A stretch of DNA of 64,000 bases, taken from positions 124,001 to 188,000 of the forward strand of contig NIVC01000353.1 of NCBI GenBank assembly GCA_002269645.1, in the 5' to 3' direction. Numbering within the stretch: position 1 is the first letter of the stretch; every line of letters starts with the position of its first letter. The position numbers and the translations under genes are program-made. The notes under the pieces are model-generated. The model had not been told where the DNA came from and did not search any database. It worked only from the letters and a program-made list of their open reading frames with translations. The stretch comes from Macrostomum lignano (taxonomy: Eukaryota). Below are positions 8,872-20,309 of the stretch, in pieces.

Positions 8872-11800
8872 TTAAAGGTAGAACAGCTGGTCGCAGATCT
8901 GCGGATTCGGCTCCTGCCCGAGGCTCTGACCAACCAGGTAAGCCAATCGGTGGGCGTACTGGCAAGGGGCTGGGACTCGAATAGTGCCAGGCCAATTAGC
9001 GTACAGGTGAGTCAGTTTGTAGGTAAAAACTTGAACCGAATCAGCGTTTAATCGGGTTTCGTTTTCGTCAATGATGACATTGTAGTGCGTTGGCGTGACA
9101 GTGCCCTGCGTGGCAAGTTTTTAAGACAGTTTACACAAACTTATTTTACAGAACTAACCTCAGCTAACTTTGCTTAACTAATAGCTAATTTGATAATCAG
9201 AGACAAAATCGCACCTGTTGGGTGAACTGTGACACCAGATAGAAGTCATAATAACCCGGCATGGTTACTGTTGAGTCCACCACGGTACCTGGCAGCGGGT
9301 TGCTCAATTCCCGATTTTGCTGCTGCTGCTGCTGTTGCAGGAAAAACCGCGCGCTGATTCGCTTCTTCACGACGATCACCTTCAGGCCGGGCGGCGGCCG
9401 TCTAGCGGCGCTGTACAGCTCGCGCAGAAATACCGACACCTGCGGTGGTGCGGGTGGGACAGGTGCTGAGACATGTAGCCCAGTGGTCTAGCGAGACTCT
9501 GATGTGCCAGCGGCCCAGGCTCGATTCCAAGTGCAGTCACATTCATTTGGGGCTAATCTGGAATCTCGGCTTGGCTCTGCTCGTGCAATTAACGCCCAGC
9601 TTGAGGGCCAACCCCCAAGACACAGTGAAGTGTACATGCCTAACGATAAATAAAGTTAGGGCCGCTGTACACTCCTGTGTGAGTGTGTGCCGGTGCGTAT
9701 GACTGCGTACGTATCCGCGCGCTTGTTTGACTGCTCAGGGGAGTCGGCGGAATGGGCAGCAATGCCTCTCGCCGGTTGTGTGACAATGTCGACTAAAGTG
9801 CGCACAGGGTGCCCCGTCTTTAATAAAAAAGAGACAGGTGCTGAGACAGGTGCTGCAACACGTGCTGAGACAGACACTATTAGACATGGCACGAATCGCA
9901 CCTGAGCAAACTCGATATCCTTGACCTGCTCCAGCATGGAGTCGCTGACACCGTCTCTGTAGATGACAATGGAGGCGGGTAGGCTGCCGCCATTGCTTAG
10001 CCTGTACCTCTCCAGTGCAGCACTGAAGCCCTGTACCAGACGCTGGTGCAGCTCGGCTCTGCCACGCTGGTGCAACTCGGCTCTGCCATGCTGCATCATT
10101 GCTGCGTAGGAGTAGTACTGCGTCATCAGGGCTGGAGTTGTTGATGGGGCGGCGAGGTGTGCGTCAGAGGTTGAAGTCACTGATCGTTAGCCTACGCTCG
10201 TATCTTTGCTAAAGGTCTACCTATCTTGCAACATCCGCAATTTTCAATTATCCTTAATCTCCCATCCTCACAACATTCCAACATCCTTAATCTTCCAACA
10301 TCCTCGATCTTCAAACATCCATTATCCTCAATCCCCAACATCCTCAATCTTCAAACATCCATTATCCTCAATCCCCAACATCTTCAATCTTTAACATCCT
10401 CATTCTTCCAATGTCATCAATCTTCCAATGTCATCAATCTTCCAATTTCCTCAATCTTCCAATTTCCTCAATCTTCCAATTTCCTCAATCTTCCAATTTC
10501 CTCAATCTTCCAACATCCCTAATCTTCCAACATACATTATCCTCAATCTTCCAATGTCACAAATCTTCCAACATCCTCATTCTTCCAACATCCTTCATCT
10601 TCAAACATCCTCATTCTTCTAACATCCTCAATCTTCCAACATCCTCAATCTTCCAACATCCTTATTCTTCCAACATCCTTCATCTTCAAACATCCTCATT
10701 CTTCTAACATCCTCATTCTTCCAACATCCTCAATCTTCCAACATCCTCAATCTTCCAACATCCTCAATCTTCCAATTTCCTCAATCTTCCAACATCCCTA
10801 ATCTTCCAATATTCCCAATCTTCCCAACGCATCAACCATTGAAACCAGAGTCGCTCACGATTCAGAGAGAAGACAATGCCCAGAACCGACTGGTTATGCC
10901 GTCTGTCATGATAGGAGTCCATGCCGACCACCATGCAACCCTCGTACGGCATGCTCAGGCCCCAGGGTATGCCGCCCAGCTTGCAGCTCATCTGCAGGGC
11001 CACCCTGCTGGCCACCGTAGTCGATCTTTCGTCTGAGCTGCTCACGTTTCTGAGTGGCGAGTGACGGATTGTTGCTATGAGCTCAATAGCAGATTTGGTA
11101 CTCCTGACACTCCTGCCATAGCTACCCCTGACTCTGCTGCCATAGCTACTTTTGACTCTGCTGCCATAGCTACCCCTGACTCTGCTGCCATAGCTACTTT
11201 TGACTCTGCTGCCATAGCTACCCCTGACTCTGCTGCCATATCTACTTTTGACTCTGCTGCCATAGCTACCCCTGACTCTGCTGCCATAGCTACTTTTGAC
11301 TCTGCTGCCATAGCTACCCCTGACTCTGCTGCCATAGCTACTTTTGACTCTGCTGCCATAGCTACCCTGACTCTGCTGCCATAGCTACTTTTGACTCTGC
11401 TGCCATAGCTACCCCTGACTCTGCTGCCATAGCTACTTTTGACTCTGCTGCCATAGCTACCCCTGACTCTGCTGCCATAGCTACTTTTGACTCTGCTGCC
11501 ATAGCTAATTTTGACTCTGCTGCCATAGCTAATTTTGACTCTGCTGCCATAGCTAATTTTGACTCTGCTGCCATAGCTACTTTTGACTCTGCTGCCATAG
11601 CTACTTTTGACTCTGCTGCCATAGCTACTTTTGACTCTGCTGCCATAGCTACTTTTGACTCTGCTGCCATAGCTACTTTTGACTCTGCTGCCATTGCTAC
11701 TTTTGACTTTGCTGCCATAGCCATCCCTGACTCTCCTGCCATAGCCACCCCTGACTCTCCTGCCACAGCTACCCCTGACTCTCCTGCCATAGCTACCCCT

Positions 11801-14800
11801 GACTCTCCTGCCATAGCCACCCCTGACTCTCCTGCCACAGCTACCCCTGACTCTCCTGCCATAGCTACCCCTGACTCTCCTGCCATAGCTACCCCTGACT
11901 CTCCTGCCATAGCCACCCCTGACTCTCCTGCCATAGCTACCCCTGACTCTCCTGCCATAGCCACCCCTGACTCTCCTGCCATAGCTACCCCTGACTCTCC
12001 TGCCATAGCTACCCCTGACTCTCCTGCCATAGCTACCCCTGACTCTCCTGCCATAGCTACCCCTGACTCTCCTGCCATAGCTACCCCTGACTCTCCTGCC
12101 ATAGCCACCCCTGACTCTCCTGCCATAGCTACCCCTGACTCTCCTGCCATAGCTACCCCTGACTCTCCTGCCATAGCCACCCCTGACTCTCCTGCCATAG
12201 CTACCCCTGACTCTTCTTAGGTCTCACAGCTGTTACACAGACCGTATTCACCTGGACAGAAGACACTGGTTAAGCACAGGATTCGTGACGTAGCAGAATC
12301 TCTTAATTGCATTATACCGCTCTGCCTTAGAATTTTGTAGCAGACACCATTTTAATGCCGGGCTGCAGATTAGCCTGAATAGCCTGCACCCAGCGCTGAT
12401 CGCGATCCTGCAGTACCGGCACCATGTCAGGTTTGCCAAATCGCACGCCAAAGTTGGCCCTAAGTTGCACTAAAAGCTGTTCAACACGTTTGGCCAGGCC
12501 CTGTTGGTGTTCGATGAACAGAAACAACCATTTGTCGCAATGCACCGGAGTGTGCATTACCGACTGCCTCAGATTGGCGTCCCAATTTGCCATATCGGTG
12601 GAATACTTTAGCTGGAATGGAATGGAAGGTGTGACTTGCTTGTTTCGAGTCAATTTGAATATTGCAGAATGTGCATGAATTCGCGGAATCGATCCAACTG
12701 GTAATTTGATCGCTGAGTTGCTACTGAGCTGCAGTTTTCTGCCCTAGGGCCAGTGAAAATGAGGATCTGATCCCACTGCACTCACCGACAATCGGTCCAC
12801 CCTCGGAGAGGACATTAAAACCTGCTCAGGAGGCAGCCGCCTGCCGTTGACGTGCACCAACTCCGGTCGAATCTCCACACCGTATCGGGCCGAGCGCTGC
12901 TGCGAGGCTTGATTGCCAGCCATGTCATTCGCGAACTGCATCAGCCGGTTGTACCGAGCCCTCGGCCTCTGCCTGACGATGCTGTTTTTGTCCGTAATCA
13001 ACTGGCGGTCCCCGAGCATCTCGACGGTCAATCCGGTCATGATGCACAATTCCGGCGGTATCAGACTTTTTGGGGCCTGTTGAAATAAAACTGTTAATAT
13101 AAATAAATATTCACAATACGGTGACATGTCCCACAACCGGGGTCCACGAGAATTAACCCGCAGACGAATTGCCCATCCGAGGTTTGACCGCAATGCTTAG
13201 TACGTCTTAATACAGAGACTTACCCGATCAAACCGTTTCGATGGAAACTGTATACTAAATGCTGATTTTCTTGTAGGTTTCCATTTCTATGCGCATAATA
13301 AAGGGGTACGTATCAGATACACCAGTGGGCTATTAATTCATGCGTATGCCATGTCGCTTTGTCCCATACAGGGGTGTCGCCATGGATTTTATGGTGGGGG
13401 ACAAAGCCAAGAGTTCAACATGTACTAAATTTGTACTACATGACTAAATTTTGGCACTTATTTTGGCACCGCAGGCACTCCTTTTAGCGCCGCAGGCACT
13501 CATTTTGGCGCCGAAGGCGCTATATTTTGCCGCCTTAAAGAAAAATTATTGATTACCACAACGCTAAATGCGCCAAAAGCGCCAATACCGTACGCGGGCC
13601 CGCACTCGTACACCCGCTCACACAAACAAATATAGCGCATGACAAAAAACAAGCGTGCAGTGGTTGTACCTGGCCGCGACCTTCCTGACCCCGACGACGC
13701 GGAACTGGCATGAGCATCGGCTGGCTAGCATCCTGGATCTGATATCCGTACCTTGTTCTATAGTACTCGCCAATAGTGATGCTGCGTAGTTCATTCGTAG
13801 CCGGATCTCTGTATTCAAATTCGGTGAAGACATTTGCCTCCCAATCAATATCGTTGATGCGGAATTTACGGTTATTGTTCAAGCGCATCATGACGCTTTG
13901 GCCAAATAATGCGTCATTGAAGTATTGGATCAAATGGTCTTTGTTCACCTGCGCCTGCTCGTACATATAATCCAGAACAGTGTATTGGTGAACCACTTCG
14001 AACAGCAAGTCAACATGCAGCAGAGGGAATTCGGGCTCCTCGGAGGGCACCACGGTGGCATAGAAACCGGGCCACATCTGCAATGGTAAAATGATTGCAG
14101 CTTCCTACAGTTCAAATTGAAATATTCAGTTAGGAAGCCAGATAAAAGTGAAGTAACGTAGTCTGCAATAGATACAATATTTTAGCACTTGATTAGCAAA
14201 TAGCTATCAACGCCCACCCCCCGTTGTGGTGGCAACAAAGAAAGGAATACAAATTTTTGAATAATCTACATTGTTTGTTATTCCATTCTGCGGCCTAGTT
14301 GGCACTGAAAGCTTTCAATTTAATCATAGATACGGAAATCAGGCTTGCGAGACTGAAATGTTTCTGTCTATGGTCGACACTCGCTGGCATAGCGGAGTTC
14401 AATTTAATCCTGGGGGGCATCAATTTGATCATTCTAATCATATAATGTTAGATATCCAGTGCTATAACACAGTTGTTTACTTATCGTTAAGAAACACTGA
14501 AACCAGACCTACACAATAAAAAATAGAAACATTTCAGTCTCGCAAGTCTGATTTCCGTATCTATGATTAAATTGAAAGCTTGCAGTACCAACTAGGCCGC
14601 AAAAAGGAATATTTGTGACGATTGTTTGTTATCTTAAAGAAAATGATGCTTGAAGTAAAAAAGCCTTCTTTTAAGCCAGGACTTGACCCTAACTCTACCC
14701 TCCCTTTGATTCTTGGCCTACCAAAAACATTCCCAATTGACCATTGGCATCTCAGAAACTCGTTCGCAATGAGTCTTGACAACTCAGCAATCCTCTGCTC

Positions 14801-16851
14801 TCAATGTACACTTTGTGCCTTGGGGGTTGGCCCTCATGAGTTGTGAATCACACAACAACACCGAGTCCCATAAACATGAGAATGCTCACCGCCAGACGAG
14901 AATTAGCGAGTGTAATCTCTCTGTCCGGATAAAAGTAGTTTCGCTGCACCTGCTGCATGCCGAGATCCTGCTGCGCACTAGCAATGAGCACATTCAGCAG
15001 GTGCAAATACTCCGGGCTGTTGTGAAGCACCGGGCCAATCTGTACGATGGTCACTTCGCCGTGCCATCGACCAGCTGTCGCTTCGAAATGCACGCCCTCC
15101 GGTGGCGCCTCCAGCGGCTGAGGCGTGTACAGGATGCCACCGTCATAGATAAATGCGTCTGGCAGGCGGCCGGAGTCTTGGAGGACCTGCGACGATTAAA
15201 ACAAAATAATGGAATAATATTAATTTCCTTAGATTTCTTTTGTTAAATTTCAATTAAGAGTGACTCAAAAAGCCACCTCTTGCATATGATGCCATTGATA
15301 TAGGGCGCCCACCAAGGAGATCTAGCGCGCCCACCAAGGAGATCTAGGGCGCCCACCAAGGAGATCTAGGGCGCCCACAAAGGAGATCTAGCGCGCCCTG
15401 TAGGGAGATATAAGGCGCCCACCAAGGAGATCTAGGGCGCTTACCAAGGAGATATAGGGCGCCCACCAAGGAGATCTAGGGCGCCCACAAAAGAGATCTA
15501 GCGCGCCCTGTAGGGAGATATAAGGCGCCCACCAAGGAGATATAAGGCGCCCACCAAAGAGATATAGGGCGCCCGCCCACCAAAGAGATATAGGGCGCCC
15601 GCCCACCAAAGAGATATAGGGCGCCCGCCCACCAAAGAGATATAGGGCGCCCGCCCACCAAGGAGATACAGGGCGCCCACCAAAGAGATATAGGGCGCCC
15701 GCCCACCAAGGAGATATAGGGCGCCCACCAAAGAGATATAAGGCGCCCGCCCACCAAAGAGATATAAGGCGCCCGCCAAGGAGATATAGGGCGCCCGCCC
15801 ACCAAAGAGATATAGGGCGCCCGCCCACCAAAGAGATATAGGGCGCCCGCCCACCAAAGAGATATAAGGCGCCCGCCAAGGAGATATAGGGCGCCCACCA
15901 AGGTGATATAGGGCGCCCCACCAAGGAGATATAAGGCGCCCACCAAAGAGATATAGGGCGGCCGCCCACCAAAGAGATATAGGGCGCCCGCCCACCAAAG
16001 AGATATAGGGCGCCCGCCCACCAAAGAGATATAGGGCGCCCGCCCACCAAAGAGATATAGGGCGCCCGCCCACCAAAGAGATATAGGGCGCCTGCCCACC
16101 AAAGAGATATAGTGCGGCCGCCCACCAAAGAGATATAGGGCGCCCACCAAGAGACAGAAACTGAACTTGAAAGACTGAGCCAGCCTAAGACTAAACATCC
16201 AAATTCGCTATGTAGATTTTTAACGAGTGAATAAACATTTGTGCTACAAGTCTGATAAGTGACGATTGAAAAGTCGTTTTCTTGAGTAATGCTCTGTTCC
16301 AATGGCCAAATATTGTAAGTTAAACAGCCAAGGCTTACTTGTTTATTGAATGATTTAAACTGCCAACACTCACCTGCAGCCGAAGCTGCTTGGACTCGAG
16401 CACCGGTATGAATAACACCTTATTTTGCATTGCCTGGAAATTTGTAGATACGCTCAGGCGAATGTTGTTGCTAATCAGAGCAACCGGTTCACCGCTGACT
16501 CCGCGAGTCAGCTCCACGCCCGGCGGTCGGACGTCGGCGATGCGATAGCGAAGCAGCTTCCTGGACAGGCCGCCGCGCTCGTTGTCGTGGCCACCGAGAC
16601 GGGCGAGCTCCATTCCTTGGGCCAGGCGGTCAACTTCTTCACTGCCACCTTCGGTGCCTTGAACGGCTGGAGCTGCGGCGGCGGCTGCTGCTCCTGGCTG
16701 AGCCTCATCTGCCGGAGGCTGAAGCTGCATAGGCGGTTGCGGCTGCGGCTGTTCGTCTTGCCGAGACACAGGTGGCGCTTGTGTGGGCTGCGCCGCCCTG
16801 CCTCGAGCCCGGCCACGACCGCAAGTGGCTACTGCTGGCTGCTGTTGCTGC

Positions 16852-16908
<57 letters not shown>

Positions 16909-16934
16909 GTTTGTTTTTGCTCTTGTTGTGACAT
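8872..16934 (-). CDS. piwi: PIWI-clade Argonaute, ~930 aa, 8 exons; apparent 2-nt frameshift at ~12345
   Basis: Exons (-): 16934-16374, 15186-14890, 14077-13670, 13076-12786, 12611-12252, 11049-10859, 10131-9902, 9439-9215, 9105-8872; counting these gives nine segments, all bounded by AG/GT and phase-compatible except the internal shift in 12611-12252. Motifs: N-terminal GRGRARGR; IYDGGILY; MWPGFYATV; PAZ ([24 protein letters not shown]); MID Y-K-Q-K (ERYNAIK, NQC, MSCKLGG); PIWI tetrad D (VGMDSYHD), E (GRAEL), D (YRDGVS), H (VPAPCQYAH); terminal LFYL*. Confidence 0.93.
10230..10825. repeat. Degenerate ~17-bp minisatellite (CATCCTCAATCTTCCAA) in a piwi intron
   Basis: Read directly; lies between the predicted exons 11049-10859 and 10131-9902. 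Confidence 0.9.
11098..12214. repeat. 24-bp minisatellite (GCCATAGCTACCCCTGACTCTSCT), ~46 copies, in a piwi intron
   Basis: Read directly; 8-aa periodic ORFs (AMAGESGV). Confidence 0.96.
13369..13535 (+). mobile_element. Truncated MITE of the family at 30208-30987
   Basis: Starts CAGGGGTGTCGCCATGGATTTTATGGTGGGGG and contains GGCGCCGCAGGCACTCATTTT units, both shared with the element at 30208. Confidence 0.7.
14279..14611. mobile_element. Foldback/MITE with 87-bp terminal inverted repeats in a piwi intron
   Basis: Arm 14279-14365 matches the reverse complement of 14525-14611 with 5 mismatches; the spacer is 159 bp; TTTGT flanks both ends. Confidence 0.8.
15300..16150. repeat. GGCGCCC-rich minisatellite (~22-26 bp variants of AGGGCGCCCGCCCACCAAAGAGATAT) in piwi intron 1
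   Basis: Read directly. Confidence 0.93.
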
Positions 16935-17410
16935 GCTGGAGGTGTTTTTGCTGAAATTTTCATAGAAGACAACTTGAATGACTTGAATTAAGATTTTTTG
17001 GGCAAATGTTTACTCTGACTTCTATTGATTCTAGTGACTACTCGCCTACCCCTGAGATGAACTGTACAAAGCAAAGGTTTGTAACAGACTCGACCACTTT
17101 TATTTTGTTCCTTCTTGAATGAAATATATTTGATAAATAATCTAATCTAAATAAATAATGGGTAAATAAAAAAAAGGATAAATATCAAAAATAATATGAA
17201 ATATGATAATATTGGATATTCTACCTTGCGCCCTTGTCTGTTTATAATGTACATAAAACTAATGTACGAGTACATCCACAATACTCAAGGGCACGTTGTT
17301 CTCTGAGCGAACCCTTCGACTTCAAATATATAAATCACATTCAATGCCCAAGTGGGGGCCAACTTCTTTTCAGCAAATTCTACTGGCCTCGCGTCAATTA
17401 ATACATTGGC

Positions 17411-18165
17411 TTGGAAAGCAAAGCAATGGCTGTCCAACTGCAACTGCCCCCACCTGAGCCATTGGATGTCAACTGTGAACCTCACACACTCGCTTTGCGC
17501 TGGGAAGACTGGTCATCGCAATTCTTGTGCTTCATTCAGGCCGCAAAGAGCTGCCCGAACTGTAGCAAACAGCTGAGCAACACCGAAGACACCATCAAGT
17601 CACTCCACAAGTCATTCAAGGACCACTTCACCAATTGCAACAGTATTGTGTTCTCCAGGTATGAATTCTGAAACTGCAAGCAGCAGCCCGACCAGAGCAT
17701 TGACAAGTGGGCCTGCATGTCCAAGCGGAACTTAAGAGACCGAGTGCACACCCTCGATGATCAAAGGCGGCAGGACCCGGAGAGCTTTCAGAAGTCTACC
17801 AAGCGACGTTGAGGTATTCTGTCTGGCTACAGACAAACTGCCGCTACTAACAATCTCAATCAATGGCAAGCAACTGGAAGCCCTTGTCGACAGTGGGGCC
17901 AACTGCAATGTAATCGACATGACGAGCTTTCAGGAGATCAAGGCTGCTAAAATGCCACTTTTGCTGCCAACAAGGCGGCTTTATCCTCTTGGCTCTTGGT
18001 CGCCCCTGGAAACTGTTGGCCGGGCTAAGCTCATGGTCAGCGTCTGCGGCTCGAAGAACATGGTTGACTTCACTGTGGTGCACAACCCAAGGCGTCACCA
18101 TCGTGGAAAGGGCCATGAGTGAGAAATTCGGGGTACTGCGAGTTGGGCGGAAAAGAATTTTCTTT
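17411..18165 (+). mobile_element. Degenerate Ty3/Gypsy LTR-retrotransposon gag-protease relic
   Basis: Gag-like LPPPEPLD...WEDWSSQF..FIQA and RYEF*NCKQQPDQSIDKW, followed by a retroviral aspartic protease motif INGKQLEALVDSGANCNVI. Stops and frameshifts are present, with no RT or integrase. Confidence 0.72.
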
Positions 18166-18289
18166 AGTTAGTGGAGAGATAGACAGTATATATAGTGAGT
18201 GGAGAGAAGTATGAAAGTATAACATGTAATTTTGATGTATATATATGTATATAAACTGTTTGCATTCAATAATTTAGTTCAAATAAATT

Positions 18290-18332
18290 TCGACCCTGAA
18301 GATGTCCTATTGTCGGACGAAATGCATCGGCA
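18290..18332 (+). ncRNA. Minimal type I hammerhead-ribozyme-like motif (Penelope-like-element style), possibly degenerate
   Basis: CC-CTGAAGA-T-GTCC-TATTGTC-GGAC-GAAA-TGCAT-C-GG: CUGANGA box at 18296-18302, 4-bp stem II, GAAA at 18319-18322, palindromic ATGCAT stem III, UC site at 18327-18328. Only 2 bp of stem I are evident. Confidence 0.45.
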
Positions 18333-19309
18333 ACTCAAATAAATAACTAAAGGATTAATGGTAGTCTTCATTGCACCAGATCCAAATGCAATAATTGATT
18401 TTGGGATAAAAAGGCCCAGAAATTAACTTTTGCTTATCTCCACAGTGCATTTTCCAGGAAATTGACCTCTAAATTTTTATAAACTTTCTATAGCTTGAAT
18501 AAAACCCCCGTTCGTAACTCTACATAGACACAAACCTAAACACAAGTTTGAAATTATAGTCGTATGGGCGCGCGTCTGGTCGTATGGATATTATTAATTA
18601 GGCTCGAGGGCGCAAAGTAAATAGTGCCCAGAAAATGGCATGCTTTATCTCATATAGAGCATGTATATACGAGCGTATGCTCCATAGACAAATGGTTGAA
18701 AATAAAGCCCGCAAATTGATTAACTGCTTGGAATAGCGCCGGATAGCGGGCAATGTAAGGCTCACATCACCATGCTCTATCTTAAAAAGTAGTAAGTTGG
18801 CTCAGGCAAGAAGCCTGTTTGGCCAGTATATTTCTGTGTATTTGAGATATTTTAGCATTAGTTGTTTAATTACGATTAAGTTCAAAAGGTTAAATTTGTT
18901 CAAAAGGTTAAATTTTTACACGAGTTACGATGCGAGTTACGATATTTGTAAAATTATTAAGGTATTTGAAAGAGCGTTTTTTTGTAAAAAGATGTAGTAT
19001 TTTGCAAGCGCGCGATATTTCAAAGCGTGAAAAACGAACATGAACATACTTCGAAAGAACTTTACGCTTAACGAATAACGACGATTTAAATAGGTATTAG
19101 ATAGGAAACTAATTAAATACTAATTAAATGCTGATAAATAATGAATAACGACGATTTAAATAGGTATTAGATGGGAAACTACTTAAATACTAATTAAATG
19201 CTAATTAAATAGGCAGTAAATAGGCTTAAAAAAGACAGTAAATGAATAAACAAATGAAAAGCAGATTTATTACACTGCTGATATGTCTGTTTCAGTTTGC
19301 ATAACTGTT

Positions 19310-19957
19310 TTAGCTATTCATGACTTCATATATTTTAGCTACACCAGTGAGCTCTTTTCTGACTCTTTTTTCATTTGTAGCATATCCTAACTTGTGTACT
19401 TGCTTGTCATTTAAGAGGTACTGACAGAAGTATTTTTTTCTGATCTTTTCAGTTTGTGGACATTCGGTCAAGTAGTGTAGGATATCGGAACCATTTCTCG
19501 CTCCACACAGTCTACATGCTTCATGAGAGAAAATGTTGGGTGTAATTTCGCATTTCAGTTTTAGGAGGGTTGTTAGTAATTTTTTGTTTCTAAAAGTGCA
19601 TGGAAAGTAATCTGAAAGGTCGGGCCTGCAGATTTTTTTGTAGAGATAGGCGTTTTTGTAGAGTTTAATATGTTGCTGATTCTCTAGCTTTTGGCTAAGT
19701 TCTCTTTCTCTGTGTATCTTGAGGTGCTTTTTCACTTGGTATTTCTCGTTATTAAAGCTTTGGGAAAGTTTATCTTCAGTTAGTGCTTTTAAGTCTATAC
19801 TTTCCAGTTTCTTTAGTACATTCGTTTTAAAAAATAAAAAAATAATCCGTGTTGTTGAATTTAAAAACATGCAGTATAAACAGTCTAAGTTAAAACAATA
19901 TGAACAATATATGTAAGCAATTAAAGCTACCAACTTAGTCGTGTTGCTTTTCTGCAA
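19310..19957 (-). mobile_element. AT-rich 3' relic of a non-LTR retrotransposon ORF2 (C-terminal zinc knuckle)
   Basis: CRLCGARNGSDILHYLTECP matches the Cx2Cx8Hx4C knuckle plus (I)RxxY typical of LINE ORF2 C-termini; no RT domain is visible. Confidence 0.55.
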
Positions 19958-20309
19958 AGCATTATAAAATAATGAAGCCTAATTTAGGATAAAGTAAAGA
20001 ATAAGTAGATGCAATAATATGTCATTGGTTATTTTAAAAACTAGGAAATTACACCCTTCCAGGAAGGCGAGGACTGGGCTTCAAACTACTTTCAAAATAG
20101 TGTGCATTTCGTTGAAGCTGAAGCCTTTGTTGCGTCTATTTCCACTGAATTCCATTTGACAACAAAGACTAAACTGTTACAATTAATTGTGATCTTACGT
20201 CGTATCTTCCGTCGTATCTTACGTCGTATCTTACGTCGTATCTTACGTCGTATCTACTATGCTTTTGTCATAATATTTTTAAATAGAAATGGGATTCTGA
20301 CATCAATTT

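Noticed and set aside
12326-12347. 22-nt intron as the primary explanation of the piwi frame break
   Set aside because: It is far shorter than any confident intron here (>100 nt), has a weak donor, and would delete the conserved MID beta-strand; kept only as an alternative.
8872-16934. Prokaryotic Argonaute defence system or AGO-clade miRNA Argonaute
   Set aside because: The gene has spliceosomal introns and PIWI-clade signatures ([26 protein letters not shown], terminal LFYL), with no operon context.
19060-19210. ~70-bp tandem duplication, and similar small duplications at 20200-20255 and 43680-43930
   Set aside because: These are ordinary local duplications within AT-rich repeat relics with no further structure.
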